Source: Gammaproteobacteria bacterium
GTDB taxonomy: Bacteria; Pseudomonadota; Gammaproteobacteria; JAJDOJ01
Direction of reading: 5' to 3'
Assembly (NCBI GenBank): GCA_026984215.1
Contig: JALSSO010000129.1
Coordinates: 23,362-87,361, forward strand
DNA: 64,000 nucleotides
The first letter of the stretch is position 1, and each line of letters starts with the position of its first letter. The translations under genes and the position numbers were made by a program. Shown here piece by piece: positions 18,698 to 29,425 of the stretch. The notes under the pieces were generated by a model, which was not told where the DNA came from, ran no database searches, and saw nothing but the letters and a program-made list of their open reading frames with translations.

Positions 18698-19702
18698 TCA
18701 GCCGGGCAGGTCGGCCGGCTCGGATGCCTCCTGCCCGAGGAGGGCGCGTGTGAGGCGGGCGATGCGACGACCCAATGGCGGGCGGGCCGCGCAGAATCGC
18801 AGGTGGAGCAGATCGGCCTCTCCCGCCGCCTCCAGGAGGTAGTCGTCGCTGGTCTGGATCGCGTCGACCAGCTTCAGTTCCAGGGCCTCGGTGGCGAACC
18901 AGTGTTCTCCGGTGGCCACGCGGGCCATGTCCAGGGCCGGCCGGTGCGCGGCCACGAAGCGTTTGAACAGCCTATGGGTCCGTTCCACCTGCGCTCGGAA
19001 GTGCCTGCGGTCTTCGTCGGTGTTCTCGCCGAACCAGGTGAGCGTGCGCTTGAGTTCGCCGGCCTTGACCAGCTCCACGTCCACGCCGTGACGGTCGAGG
19101 AGACGGTGGAAGTTGGGCACCTGCCCCAAGACCCCGATGGAGCCCACGATGGCGAAAGGCGCGGCGAGTATGCGGTCGGCCACGCAGGCCATCATGTAGC
19201 CGCCGCTGGCGGCCACCTTGTCCACCGCCACGGTGAGGGGAATGCCGCGCTCGCGCAGCCTTTGAAGCTGGGAGGCGGCGAGCCCATGCTCGTGCACCAG
19301 GCCGCCTGCGTTTTCCAGGCGCAGCAGGACCTCGTCGTCCGGGCCCGCGAGCTGCACTACGGCGCTGACCTCCTCGCGCAGGGCCGCCACGCCCGTGGCC
19401 CGTACGTCGCCCTTGAAGTCCAGTACGAAAATCCGCCTGCGGCCGGTTTTCCGCTTGCGTCGGCGTTTTTCCTCCCGGCTTTCGCGCCACAACGCCCGAC
19501 GCAGCGCCCCCGGTGGGAGCATGGTGCGCAGGAGCTCCAGGCGGAGATTCCGATAGTGGTCGTTGAACCGGCGTACGCGCAGCCGTCCCCCGGAACCTCG
19601 AAGCCGGCGTGACGATGCCAGGCCCAGGACGAGTCCGACCGCCAGCACCACGGTCATCGCTTTGAGCAGGAACAGCAGGTAATCCTGTGCGAACTCCCCC
19701 AT
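18698..19702 (-). CDS. sohB: Periplasmic serine protease SohB (S49 family)
   Basis: N-terminal TM (YLLFLLKAMTVVLAVGLVLGL), basic linker, and S49 peptidase core (VLDFKGDV...SGGYMMACVADRILAAPFAIVGSIGV). Confidence 0.85.
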   Translation of the reverse strand: MGEFAQDYLLFLLKAMTVVLAVGLVLGLASSRRLRGSGGRLRVRRFNDHYRNLRLELLRTMLPPGALRRALWRESREEKRRRKRKTGRRRIFVLDFKGDVRATGVAALREEVSAVVQLAGPDDEVLLRLENAGGLVHEHGLAASQLQRLRERGIPLTVAVDKVAASGGYMMACVADRILAAPFAIVGSIGVLGQVPNFHRLLDRHGVDVELVKAGELKRTLTWFGENTDEDRRHFRAQVERTHRLFKRFVAAHRPALDMARVATGEHWFATEALELKLVDAIQTSDDYLLEAAGEADLLHLRFCAARPPLGRRIARLTRALLGQEASEPADLPG

Positions 19703-19794
19703 CGCATGCCTCCGCGTGCCCGAGGGCGTCCAATATACCGGAACTGCGGCGCCGGGCGGCGCGGCGGAAAGGGAAGAAGGCGTGGCGTTTCGGC

Positions 19795-20316
19795 TCAGCG
19801 CGCGCCGCCGACCGCGACACGCTGCACGGTGAAGGTGACCGGTTCGGCCGCTGCCACCTCGTTGCCCGCCTGATCGACGATCCGTGCCTGGGCGGTGTGC
19901 GTCCCCCGATCGACGTTCTTCAGGGTGAAGGTCAGCGCAGCGCCCCGGGCCACTTCGGCACCGTCGAAGATCAACACCACTTGATGGCTTGGACGCAGCG
20001 GCTGGTCCGTGTGCAGCGTGATGTTGAAGTTTCCGTCGTTGGCCCGTACCGACGTGTCGTTTTCGGGCGCGACGATCCGGAACCCCGGGTAGGGCTTCGC
20101 CGGATCAGCCTGTGCGGGGGGCGTCTTGGATGGGGCAAGGGTCTGCGGTGCGCTCACCGCATTGACCGGCGGGAGCGTCACGCGCTCGGCTTGCCGTCCC
20201 ACCGGGGGTTGGCTGGAGAACACGACGTTGCCCTCATCGTCGACGTAACGGTAGATCGAAGTGGCCTGAGCGGCACACGGCACGAGCAGGGCGGCGATGG
20301 CGAGCAGCTGGCGCAT
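19795..20316 (-). CDS. DUF4124 domain-containing periplasmic protein
   Basis: Signal peptide MRQLLAIAALLVPCAAQA followed by the DUF4124 motif IYRYVDDEGNVVFSSQPP. Trimmed from a 335-aa ORF whose N-terminal part is noise. Confidence 0.6.
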   Translation of the reverse strand: MRQLLAIAALLVPCAAQATSIYRYVDDEGNVVFSSQPPVGRQAERVTLPPVNAVSAPQTLAPSKTPPAQADPAKPYPGFRIVAPENDTSVRANDGNFNITLHTDQPLRPSHQVVLIFDGAEVARGAALTFTLKNVDRGTHTAQARIVDQAGNEVAAAEPVTFTVQRVAVGGAR

Positions 20317-20500
20317 GCCGTGAGCATAAGGACTGTTTGGATACCGGCTCAATACGCTGCGCGTCGGCCCGACCGAAAACGGGGACAAACGGTAGCTGTG
20401 GTTGCTGGAGCGACACGTGCTCCGGAAGACCTGGTGCGCTGGTTGGAGTTCGCCACGTCCGGTCGGTAAACTGGACCGTTTCCTGCGCAAGGTGGACGCA

Positions 20501-21913
20501 ATGCCTGCACAGACGTTGTACGACAAGCTCTGGGAGGCCCACGTGGTCCGGGAGGAGCCGGACGGCACGGCGCTGCTGTACATCGACCGGCACCTGGTCC
20601 ACGAGGTGACCTCGCCACAGGCCTTCGAGGGGCTGCGGCTGGCCGGGCGGCGCGTGTGGCGACCGGCCACCGCCCTGGCGGTGCCCGACCACAATGTGCC
20701 CACCACGGATCGCTCCCGGGGGATCGCCGACCCGGTCTCGCGCGAGCAGGTGGAGACGTTGGAACGCAACGTGCGCGAGTTCGGCATCACCGAGTTCGGC
20801 ATGGAGGATCCGCGTCAAGGCATCGTGCATGTCATCGGCCCGGAGCAGGGCGCCACGCTGCCCGGCATGACCGTGGTGTGCGGCGATTCACACACCTCCA
20901 CCCACGGGGCGCTGGGTGCCCTGGCCTTCGGTATCGGGACCTCCGAGGTGGAGCACGTGCTGGCCACCCAGTGCCTGGTGCAGAAGAAATCGCGCGTGAT
21001 GCTCGTGCAGGTGGACGGCGAGACTCCGCCCTGGGTGACCGCCAAGGACATCGCCCTGGCCGTCATCGGCGCCATCGGCACCGCCGGTGGGACGGGCCAT
21101 GCCATGGAGTTCGCGGGGGCGGCCATCCGGGCGCTATCGGTGGAGGGCCGCATGACGCTGTGCAACATGAGCATCGAGGCCGGGGCGCGGGCCGGCATGG
21201 TGGGTGTGGACGAGAAGACCATCGAGTACGTGCGCGGGCGGCCTTTCGCGCCCCGGGGGCGGCTCTGGGAACAGGCGGTGGCGGCCTGGGGCGATCTCCA
21301 TTCGGATGCCGGGGCGCGCTTCGACCGCGTGGTGTGCCTGGATGCGGGCGACCTGGAGCCGCAGGTGACCTGGGGGACCTCGCCGGAGATGGTGGCGCCG
21401 GTTTCCGGGCGGGTTCCGGACCCCGAGGCGGAGTCCGACGAGGTACGGGCGCGCGGCATGCGTCGCGCCTTGGAGTACATGGGCCTGGAGCCGGGCACGG
21501 CGTTGGCCGACATCGCCGTGGACAAGGTATTCATCGGATCCTGCACCAATTCGCGGATCGAGGACCTGCGCGCGGCGGCCGCGGTGGTGCGGGGCCGCCG
21601 CGTGGCCCCCAACGTGCGGCTGGCCATGGTGGTCCCCGGCTCGGGGCTCGTGAAACGCCAGGCCGAGGCCGAGGGGCTGGATCGCGTCTTTCGCGAGGCG
21701 GGGTTCGAGTGGCGCGAGCCGGGCTGCTCCATGTGTCTGGCCATGAACGCCGACCGCCTGGAGCCGGGCGAGCGCTGCGCCTCGACATCCAACCGCAACT
21801 TCGAGGGACGCCAGGGCCAGGGCGGGCGCACTCACCTGGTCAGCCCGGCCATGGCGGCGGCCGCGGCGGTGGCGGGGCATTTCGTGGATGTGCGCGAACT
21901 CGCCGAGGTGTGA
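20501..21913 (+). CDS. leuC: 3-isopropylmalate dehydratase large subunit
   Basis: Aconitase-family LeuC over its full length ([16 protein letters not shown]..., [19 protein letters not shown]-like CSMCLAMN). Confidence 0.95.
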   Translation: MPAQTLYDKLWEAHVVREEPDGTALLYIDRHLVHEVTSPQAFEGLRLAGRRVWRPATALAVPDHNVPTTDRSRGIADPVSREQVETLERNVREFGITEFGMEDPRQGIVHVIGPEQGATLPGMTVVCGDSHTSTHGALGALAFGIGTSEVEHVLATQCLVQKKSRVMLVQVDGETPPWVTAKDIALAVIGAIGTAGGTGHAMEFAGAAIRALSVEGRMTLCNMSIEAGARAGMVGVDEKTIEYVRGRPFAPRGRLWEQAVAAWGDLHSDAGARFDRVVCLDAGDLEPQVTWGTSPEMVAPVSGRVPDPEAESDEVRARGMRRALEYMGLEPGTALADIAVDKVFIGSCTNSRIEDLRAAAAVVRGRRVAPNVRLAMVVPGSGLVKRQAEAEGLDRVFREAGFEWREPGCSMCLAMNADRLEPGERCASTSNRNFEGRQGQGGRTHLVSPAMAAAAAVAGHFVDVRELAEV

Positions 21914-21924
21914 GGGGGCCGATC

Positions 21925-22590
21925 ATGCAACCGTTCACCCGACACACGGGACTGGTGGTGCCGCTGGATCGTCCCAACGTGGACACCGACGCCATCATCC
22001 CCAAGCAGTACCTCAAATCCGTGCGGCGTACCGGCTTTGGTCCCAATCTGTTCGACGACTGGCGGTACCTGGATCCCGGCGAGCCGGGCATGGATCATGG
22101 CCGGCGGCGTGAGAATCCGGACTTCGTGCTCAACCAGCCCCGCTACCGGGGCGCGACCATCCTGCTCGCCCGCGACAACTTCGGCTGCGGTTCCTCGCGC
22201 GAGCATGCCGTCTGGGCGTTGATGGACTATGGGATCCGTGTGGTGATCGCGCCGAGCTTCGCCGACATCTTCTACAACAACAGCTTCAAGAATGGGCTGC
22301 TACCGGTGGTGCTGCCCGCCGAGACCGTGGACCGTCTGTTCCGTGCGGTGGGTGCGCGCGAGGGCTATCGGCTGACGGTGGACCTGGAGCGCCAGGAGGT
22401 GGAGACCCCCGAGGGCGAGCGGCTCGCCTTCGAGATCGAGCCGTTCCGGCGCCACCGGTTGCTCCAAGGCCTGGACGACATCGCGCTCACCCTGCAGCAT
22501 GCCGACGAGATCCGGGCCTACGAACGCCGGCGCATGCGCGAGGCCCCGTGGCTGTTCCAGGATCTGCTGGCTGCGGAGACCGGGCGATGA
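21925..22590 (+). CDS. leuD: 3-isopropylmalate dehydratase small subunit
   Basis: LeuD motifs ([40 protein letters not shown]). Confidence 0.95.
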   Translation: MQPFTRHTGLVVPLDRPNVDTDAIIPKQYLKSVRRTGFGPNLFDDWRYLDPGEPGMDHGRRRENPDFVLNQPRYRGATILLARDNFGCGSSREHAVWALMDYGIRVVIAPSFADIFYNNSFKNGLLPVVLPAETVDRLFRAVGAREGYRLTVDLERQEVETPEGERLAFEIEPFRRHRLLQGLDDIALTLQHADEIRAYERRRMREAPWLFQDLLAAETGR

Positions 22591-23672
22591 GCGCGCGCAT
22601 CCTTCTGTTGCCGGGCGACGGCATCGGCCCCGAGGTGAGCGCCGAGGCCCGCAAGCTGCTGGAGGCCCTGGCCCGGGACCACGGGCTGGAGGTGACGTTG
22701 GACGAAGGGCTTATCGGCGGGGCCGCCGTGGACGCGGCGGGCACGCCGCTGCCCGCCGAGACCCTGGACCGGGCGAAAGCCGCCGACGCGGTGCTGCTGG
22801 GTGCGGTGGGTGGGCCGCAATACGAATCACTGCCCCGTGAACGGCGTCCCGAGCGGGGCTTGCTGGGGATCCGCTCGGCGCTCGGTCTGTTCGCCAACCT
22901 GCGTCCGGCGGTGCTGTATCCGCAGCTGGCCGCGGCTTCCACCCTGCGCCCGGAAGTGGTGGCGGGCCTGGACATCCTGATCGTGCGCGAACTCACCGGC
23001 GGCCTCTATTTCGGCACACCCCGCGGCATCCGCACCCTGGAAAACGGCGAACGGGAGGGGGTCAACACGCTGGTCTACCGCGAGTCGGAGATCGAGCGGA
23101 TCGCCCGGGTGGCCTTCGATGCGGCCCGTCGGCGCCGGCGGCGGCTGTGCTCGGTGGACAAGGCCAATGTGCTGGAGGTCTCCGAGCTTTGGCGCGAGGT
23201 GGTGGAGCGGGTGCATGTGGACTATCCGGACGTGGCGCTCACTCACATGTACGTGGACAACGCCGCCATGCAGCTGGTGCGCGCGCCCAAACAGTTCGAC
23301 GTGCTGGTGACCACCAATCTGTTCGGCGACATCCTCTCGGACGAGGCGGCCATGTTGACCGGCTCCATCGGCATGCTGCCCTCGGCGTCCTTGGACGCGC
23401 GGGGCCGGGGGCTCTACGAGCCCATCCACGGTTCGGCCCCCGACATCGCGGGCCAAAACCGGGCCAATCCGCTGGCCACCCTCCTGTCGGTGGCCATGCT
23501 GTTGCGTTACAGTCTGAATCGCGAGGACCTGGCCCGACGGGTGGAGGAGGCGGTGGGGCATGTGCTGGACCGGGGCCTGCGCACGGCGGACATCGCCGCC
23601 CCCGGCGAGCCGGTCTGCGGCACGAGCGAGATGGGCGATGCCGTGGTGTCCGCCCTGTCCGAGGCGGCTTGA
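22587..23672 (+). CDS. leuB: 3-isopropylmalate dehydrogenase
   Basis: [17 protein letters not shown]..., [30 protein letters not shown] overlap with the leuD stop. Confidence 0.95.
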   Translation: MSARILLLPGDGIGPEVSAEARKLLEALARDHGLEVTLDEGLIGGAAVDAAGTPLPAETLDRAKAADAVLLGAVGGPQYESLPRERRPERGLLGIRSALGLFANLRPAVLYPQLAAASTLRPEVVAGLDILIVRELTGGLYFGTPRGIRTLENGEREGVNTLVYRESEIERIARVAFDAARRRRRRLCSVDKANVLEVSELWREVVERVHVDYPDVALTHMYVDNAAMQLVRAPKQFDVLVTTNLFGDILSDEAAMLTGSIGMLPSASLDARGRGLYEPIHGSAPDIAGQNRANPLATLLSVAMLLRYSLNREDLARRVEEAVGHVLDRGLRTADIAAPGEPVCGTSEMGDAVVSALSEAA

Positions 23673-23688
23673 AGAAGGACGAAAGCTG

Positions 23689-24711
23689 ATGAGCGAGCGA
23701 TATGACGTGGCCGTGGTCGGCGCCACCGGTGCGGTGGGCGAGACCATGCTGTCCATCCTGGCCGAGCGGGACTTTCCGGTGGGCGAGGTCCACGCCCTGG
23801 CCAGTGAGCGTTCCGTGGGCCGGCGCGTGCCGTTCGGCGATCGGGAGCTCACGGTACAGGACACCGCCGGTTTCGATTTCTCCCGGGTCCAGATCGGGTT
23901 GTTCTCCGCCGGGGCCTCGGTGTCGAAGGTCTATGCCCCCAAGGCGGCCGCGGCGGGCTGCGTGGTGGTGGACAACACCTCCCAGTTCCGCTACGAGGAA
24001 GACATCCCGCTGGTGGTTCCCGAGGTCAATCCCGAGGCCATTGCGGGGTACCGCGAGCGGGGGATCATCGCCAATCCCAACTGCTCCACCATCCAGATGC
24101 TGGTGGCGCTCAAGCCCATCCATGACGCCGCGGGCATCACACGCATCAACGTGGCCACCTATCAGGCGGTCTCCGGTACCGGCAAGGAGGCCATCGAGGA
24201 GCTGGCCCGCCAGAGCGCCGACCTGCTCAACGCCCGCCCCACGGAAAGCCGTGTCTATCCCAAGCAGATCGCCTTCAACTGCCTGCCGCACATCGACGTC
24301 TTCCTCGACAACGGCTACACCAAGGAAGAGATGAAGATGGTCTGGGAGACGCGCAAGATCCTGGGCGAGGAGTCCATCCAGGTGAATCCCACCTGCGTGC
24401 GCGTGCCCGTGTTCTACGGCCATTCCGAGGCGGTGCACATCGAGACTCGGGACAAGATCACCGCCGCCGAGGCCCGCCGCCTGCTCTCCCAGGCCCCGGG
24501 CGTGGTGGTCCTCGACGAGCGGCGCGACGGTGGATATCCCACGGCGGTGACCGAGGCGGCCGGAAAAGATCCCGTGTTCGTCGGAAGAATACGCGAGGAT
24601 ATCTCGAATCCCCATGGACTTGACCTATGGGTTGTGAGTGACAATGTGCGCAAGGGAGCGGCTTTGAACAGCGTGCAGATCGCCGAGATCCTGATCCGCG
24701 ACTATCTATAA
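23689..24711 (+). CDS. asd: Aspartate-semialdehyde dehydrogenase
   Basis: VAVVGATGAVGETML..., active-site NCSTIQM, full length. Follows leuB as in Pseudomonas. Confidence 0.95.
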   Translation: MSERYDVAVVGATGAVGETMLSILAERDFPVGEVHALASERSVGRRVPFGDRELTVQDTAGFDFSRVQIGLFSAGASVSKVYAPKAAAAGCVVVDNTSQFRYEEDIPLVVPEVNPEAIAGYRERGIIANPNCSTIQMLVALKPIHDAAGITRINVATYQAVSGTGKEAIEELARQSADLLNARPTESRVYPKQIAFNCLPHIDVFLDNGYTKEEMKMVWETRKILGEESIQVNPTCVRVPVFYGHSEAVHIETRDKITAAEARRLLSQAPGVVVLDERRDGGYPTAVTEAAGKDPVFVGRIREDISNPHGLDLWVVSDNVRKGAALNSVQIAEILIRDYL

Positions 24712-24785
24712 AACAGGCGCGTGTGACGGAGAGACAGGGATCAGTGAGGCGGCGGCACCACGTGCACCACCGAGAGGATATCTAC

Positions 24786-27700
24786 GTGAAGAGAGTCAGC
24801 CGGGGGATCGCGCCCCTGTTCCTCCTGCTTCCCAGCGCCTCCTGGGCGCTCGGGCTCGGCGACATCCGGGTCGAGACCGCGCTGAACGAACCCCTGGTGG
24901 CGGAGATTCCTGTGCTCTCGGCCAGCAAGAAGGACCTTCGGGACATGAAGGTGCGCCTGGCGCCCAAGGCCGCCTTCGCCAAGCTGGGGCTGGACCGCAG
25001 CTACGTGCTGACCCAGTTGCGGTTCACACCCACCACCGTGAACGGACGTCCCGTCATCCGCATTACTTCGCGCAAGCCGATCCGAGAGCCCTTCCTGGAT
25101 TTTCTCATCGAAGTGAACTGGCCCAAGGGACGGCTGGTGCGAGAGTACACCGTGCTGCTCGATCCGCCGACCCTGCTTGAGCGGCGGGCGGCGCCGGGGG
25201 TGCAGGCCGCCCAGACTGCCGCTCCCTCCGCCGCGTACCGGTTCGATCAGCCCGCCGGTCCCGCCTCGGAGTATGGCGGACCCCGGGTCTCCGGCGGCTG
25301 GCCCGAGACCGTGGAGGTCCGACCCGGCGATAGCCTGTATCGGATCGCCCGGCGGCTTGCCCCGCAGGTGGCGGGCATGGGTGTGGAGCAACTCATGGTC
25401 GCCCTGTACGAGGCCAACCCGCAGGCCTTCGGCGGCAACATGAACCTGCTGCGCGCCGGCACGCGGCTGCGCGTACCCGGTGCCGACGAGGTGTCCGCCA
25501 TCGAACCGGCCGCCGCCCGCGCCGAGATCGCCCGTCAGACCGAGCAGTGGTCGCAACAAGCCTCCTCCGTGGCGGCAACGCCGTCCGAACCGGAATACGA
25601 AGTGGTGTCCGGACCCGCACCGGCCGCCCAGCAAGCCGCTGCCGAAGCGACGACTGCGGGGGCCGAGCCGCCGGCCGCGCGGCAAGAACCGGTGCCGGAC
25701 CATGGCGCGCCCCAGGCGCATCTGGAGATCGTGGCGCCCGCCGAGGAGACCGGTTCCGGGGCGGATTCCGGGGTGCAGGCGGGAGGTGGCTCCGGCGCCG
25801 CGGATGAATCCGCCGACGTTCAGGCCTCGCTGGCCTTGGCCCGCGAAGTGGCCAAGGCCCGGGAGGAGGAAAACACCGCCCTCAAGTCCCGCCTGTCGCA
25901 GCTCGAAGAGATGCTCAAGCGCTCCGAACGGATCATCGAGCTGCAGAACCGCGAACTCGAGGCCCTGCGGGAGCGGATCGCGCGACTGGAGGCCGGCGTC
26001 TCCGCGGAGCCGGCCAACGCCGCCACGCAGGCGGATACCGCCGAGCAGGCGCAGAAGGAGCCGGTCGGAGCCGGTGGTGCGGGACCCGCCGATGCCAAGA
26101 AGACCGCCGCGGCTGCGGCGCGTGCCGAGCCGGCGCAGGACCAGAAGCCCTACTCGACCCTGGATGTGCTCATGGACAATCCCATGTGGCTCTATGGGGT
26201 GGGGGCGGGTGGGGCGCTCCTGCTCCTGCTGGCCCTGCTCGCCCTGCGGCGGCGTCGGTCGGAGGACGACGTCGTTGGGGAGCCCGAACGCCGCGGGGCG
26301 GGCCCGTTGGCCACCGGAGCACTGGCCACGGGCGCCCTCGCCACTGGCGGCGTGGCGGCGACCCGCGAGACCGCCGAGGCGATCAGCACGGGCATGTTCG
26401 AGGCCGCGAAGTTCGGCACGGAGGGCAAGGGCGATCCGGATCTGGAGGACACACAAAAGATTCATCCATCGGAGCTGGCCGCCCAGGGTGTGGGTGGCGG
26501 CGCGGGTTCCACCGATGTCGAGGACGTCCTGTCCGAGGCGGACGTGTACATTGCCTATGGCTTGTATCAGCAGGCCGAGGAGTTGCTTCAGGAGGCCCTG
26601 GATCAGGACCCGAAAAACGCCGACTACTATGTGAAACTCGCCGAGACCTATCAGCGTGACGGGCGCCCCGAGGCCCTCGCCAGGCTGGCCGAGAAGATGC
26701 GTGAAGCGGGCCTCGGTGAAGGCGAGGCCTGGGAGAGCGTGGCGGCGCTGGGACGCAAGGTGGATCCGGAGAACCCGTTGTATGCGGGATCGGCGTCGGA
26801 GGCGGGCGAGCCCCATGCCGAGGCCGCGACGGACCAGGAGGGCGTCGATCTGGATCTGGACGAGGAGCTCCCCGAAGCGGCCGATGCCACCGCGTGGGAC
26901 CTCGATACGGGCGCATTGCCGTCGAAGGCGTCGCAGGGGACCCAGCGGCTGTCCACCGGCTTTTCCGAAGCCGCAGATCTGGAGCGTGTCTCGGGCGAGG
27001 AGGCCGCGCCGGATGCGCAGGATCAGGCACCGCCCGAGTCGCTCAAGACGGTGCGGGAGACCGCTGCGGATGCCGCGGACTCCAATATCCTGGAGTTCGA
27101 TACGGAAGACCTGGGACTTCAGGATGCATCCGCGCAGCCCGAGGGGCCTTCCGAGCCCGAGGTGGAAGCGGGGGGTTTGACCGAGGAGATCCAGAGCGAG
27201 CTGGAAACGCGCAGTGACCTGGATCTGGACCTGACCGACGTGGAACTGCGCATGCCCGAGGGACTGGAGTCCGGTGCACAGCCGGAACTCCACGATTCGG
27301 TCGCGGACTCGCCGGAGGAGACCGTGGAACTCGACGAGAGCCTGCTCCAGGAGCTGGAGAGCGCCATCAGCGAGATCCAGGATTCCGGGATGTTCGAGAC
27401 GCCGGAGGGGGGCTCCACCGAGGGGACGCCATCGGATACGGTGTTCCTCGAGGACGAGTTGCCGGCTGGCGCCGAGACGGAAGTGGTCAGCCAGCCCACC
27501 GAGGGTCTGGAGGACGTCCTGGAGCTCGACACGCTCATGGACGACGAGGCCAAGATGACGTTCGAGGTGGAGCCGCGGGCCGGAGACACGGAGCAGGACG
27601 AGCCGGAAACGGGCGATACCGAGATCATCGACCCGGCATCCGTGGGGGGCGAGAGTTCGGATACCCTGGTGACCGACTCCGGGTTCACCAACATGCTGGG

Positions 27701-27857
27701 TGACAGCGACGAGGCCGAGACCAAGCTCGAGCTCGCCCGGGCCTATCTGGAGATGGGCGACAGCGAAGGGGCCCGGGCCACCCTGGAGGAAGTGCTCGAG
27801 TCCGCCAGCGAGGAGCATCGCCGCCAGGCGGAGGCGCTGCTGCGAAGCATCGGCTGA
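24786..27857 (+). CDS. fimV: FimV-family peptidoglycan-binding protein
   Basis: N-terminal FimV domain aligns with P. aeruginosa FimV (signal peptide, then LGLGDIRVETALNEPLVAEI...EYTVLLDPP). LysM at RPGDSLYRIARRLAPQ, TM helix LYGVGAGGALLLLLALLALR, long acidic low-complexity region, and a C-terminal FimV motif ELARAYLEMGDSEGARATLEEVL. GTG start at 24786 preceded by GAGAGGA; an in-frame ATG at 24723 gives 21 extra residues. Confidence 0.85.
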   Translation: MKRVSRGIAPLFLLLPSASWALGLGDIRVETALNEPLVAEIPVLSASKKDLRDMKVRLAPKAAFAKLGLDRSYVLTQLRFTPTTVNGRPVIRITSRKPIREPFLDFLIEVNWPKGRLVREYTVLLDPPTLLERRAAPGVQAAQTAAPSAAYRFDQPAGPASEYGGPRVSGGWPETVEVRPGDSLYRIARRLAPQVAGMGVEQLMVALYEANPQAFGGNMNLLRAGTRLRVPGADEVSAIEPAAARAEIARQTEQWSQQASSVAATPSEPEYEVVSGPAPAAQQAAAEATTAGAEPPAARQEPVPDHGAPQAHLEIVAPAEETGSGADSGVQAGGGSGAADESADVQASLALAREVAKAREEENTALKSRLSQLEEMLKRSERIIELQNRELEALRERIARLEAGVSAEPANAATQADTAEQAQKEPVGAGGAGPADAKKTAAAAARAEPAQDQKPYSTLDVLMDNPMWLYGVGAGGALLLLLALLALRRRRSEDDVVGEPERRGAGPLATGALATGALATGGVAATRETAEAISTGMFEAAKFGTEGKGDPDLEDTQKIHPSELAAQGVGGGAGSTDVEDVLSEADVYIAYGLYQQAEELLQEALDQDPKNADYYVKLAETYQRDGRPEALARLAEKMREAGLGEGEAWESVAALGRKVDPENPLYAGSASEAGEPHAEAATDQEGVDLDLDEELPEAADATAWDLDTGALPSKASQGTQRLSTGFSEAADLERVSGEEAAPDAQDQAPPESLKTVRETAADAADSNILEFDTEDLGLQDASAQPEGPSEPEVEAGGLTEEIQSELETRSDLDLDLTDVELRMPEGLESGAQPELHDSVADSPEETVELDESLLQELESAISEIQDSGMFETPEGGSTEGTPSDTVFLEDELPAGAETEVVSQPTEGLEDVLELDTLMDDEAKMTFEVEPRAGDTEQDEPETGDTEIIDPASVGGESSDTLVTDSGFTNMLGDSDEAETKLELARAYLEMGDSEGARATLEEVLESASEEHRRQAEALLRSIG

Positions 27858-27934
27858 CCCGCCGCCATCTGCGGTTTCACCGAGTCCGCCCGGTCCCGCT
27901 TTAAGTGGGCCCGGGCGTCTTCGATCCACGTTCC

Positions 27935-28714
27935 ATGCGCATTGCAGCCGGCATCGAATACGACGGCACGGCCTTCTGCGGATGGCAGCGCCAGCGAGGC
28001 GTGCCCACCGTGCAGGAGACCGTGGAACGGGCCTTCTCGGTGGTCGCCGATCACCCGGTCACCGTCGTGTGTGCCGGCCGCACGGACACGGGTGTTCACG
28101 CCACCGCCCAGGTGGTGCACTTCGACACCCGGTCGCACCGCACGCAGCGCTCCTGGACCCTGGGCGCCAACAGCAACCTGCCGCCCGAGGTGGTGGTGCG
28201 GTGGGTGCGGGAAGTGCCGGAGGACTTCCACGCCCGGTTCTCGGCCCGGGCCCGCGCCTATCGCTACGTGATTCTCAACCGCTGGGTGCGCCCCGCGGTG
28301 CTGCGGGGACGAGTCACTTGGCAGCACCATCCCCTGGATGTGCCGCGCATGCGGGCGGCGGCCACGTTGCTGCTGGGGCGCCACGACTTCTCCACCTTCC
28401 GCGCCCTGCAATGTCAGGCCAAGAGCCCGGTGCGTACCCTGCACCGCTGTGACGTGAGCCGCGAGGCCGACTTCGTCTATCTCGACGTGGAGGCCGACGG
28501 TTTCCTGCACCATATGGTGCGCAACATCGCCGGCGTTTTGATGGCCGTGGGCAAGGGCGACCGCCCCGTGGAATGGGTGGCCGAGCTCCTGGCCCTGCGT
28601 GACCGTACCCGTGGTGGGGTCACCGCGCCGCCGGAGGGGCTGTACTTCACCCGGGTGGCCTACGGCCCCGAGTGGCCCGTGCCCCAGACGCCCCAGCCAC
28701 CCCGGTTCGGCTGA
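27935..28714 (+). CDS. truA: tRNA pseudouridine(38-40) synthase
   Basis: MRIAAGIEYDGTAFCGWQRQ...RTDTGVHA...catalytic Asp motif. Full length. Confidence 0.9.
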   Translation: MRIAAGIEYDGTAFCGWQRQRGVPTVQETVERAFSVVADHPVTVVCAGRTDTGVHATAQVVHFDTRSHRTQRSWTLGANSNLPPEVVVRWVREVPEDFHARFSARARAYRYVILNRWVRPAVLRGRVTWQHHPLDVPRMRAAATLLLGRHDFSTFRALQCQAKSPVRTLHRCDVSREADFVYLDVEADGFLHHMVRNIAGVLMAVGKGDRPVEWVAELLALRDRTRGGVTAPPEGLYFTRVAYGPEWPVPQTPQPPRFG

Positions 28715-28792
28715 GCGGCCGGCCCGAGGCCGCGCCGGGTTACAATGCCGGCCTGCGGCGCGTTTTGGGGTGGAGTGTCCATGGGGCGGGGC

Positions 28793-29425
28793 ATGCGCAC
28801 ACGCATCAAGATCTGCGGGATCCGGGAGCCGGAACACGCCCGTCTCGCGGGCGAACTCGGGGTCGATGCCATCGGTCTGGTATTCTATGCGCGCAGCCCC
28901 CGGGGGGTCGGCCCCGGTGAGGCGGCGGCGGTGGTGGCGGCCTGCCCCCCGTTCGTCACCACCGTGGGTCTGTTTCTGGATCCGGAGCCGGGCCTCGTGG
29001 AACACGTGCTGGAGCAGGTACCCCTGGACCTGCTCCAATTCCACGGGGACGAGCGCCCGGAGGACTGCCGGCGTTACGGGCGGCCCTACATCAAGGCCAT
29101 CCCCATGGGCGAAGGGATCGACGCCCGGCGCTACGCGCAGACCTACCCCGACGCGCGGGGCTTTCTCATCGACAGCCACGCTGCCGGGGCGGCCGGGGGC
29201 ACCGGGCGGGTGTTCGACTGGAGCCGTTGGCCCCGTGGGCTGGACCGTCCGCTGATCCTGGCCGGGGGGCTCACGCCGCAGAACGTCGGCGAGGCGATCC
29301 GGCGGGCGGCGCCCTACGGGGTCGATGTGAGCAGCGGCGTGGAGTCGGCCCGGGGGGTCAAGGATCCGCGGCGCATGGCGGCCTTCTGCCGCGAAGTACG
29401 GAGAGCCGATGCAGAACAGCAATGA
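28793..29425 (+). CDS. trpF: N-(5'-phosphoribosyl)anthranilate isomerase
   Basis: RIKICGI...[13 protein letters not shown]...LLQFHGDE...ILAGGL. An alternative ATG lies at 28781. Confidence 0.85.
   Translation: MRTRIKICGIREPEHARLAGELGVDAIGLVFYARSPRGVGPGEAAAVVAACPPFVTTVGLFLDPEPGLVEHVLEQVPLDLLQFHGDERPEDCRRYGRPYIKAIPMGEGIDARRYAQTYPDARGFLIDSHAAGAAGGTGRVFDWSRWPRGLDRPLILAGGLTPQNVGEAIRRAAPYGVDVSSGVESARGVKDPRRMAAFCREVRRADAEQQ

Noticed and set aside
24741-27929. 1062-aa minus-strand ORF
   Set aside because: Antisense to fimV. Stop-free antisense frames are expected in acidic GC-rich coding DNA.
27743-29422. 559-aa minus-strand ORF
   Set aside because: Antisense to truA and trpF, both of which have clear family signatures on the plus strand.
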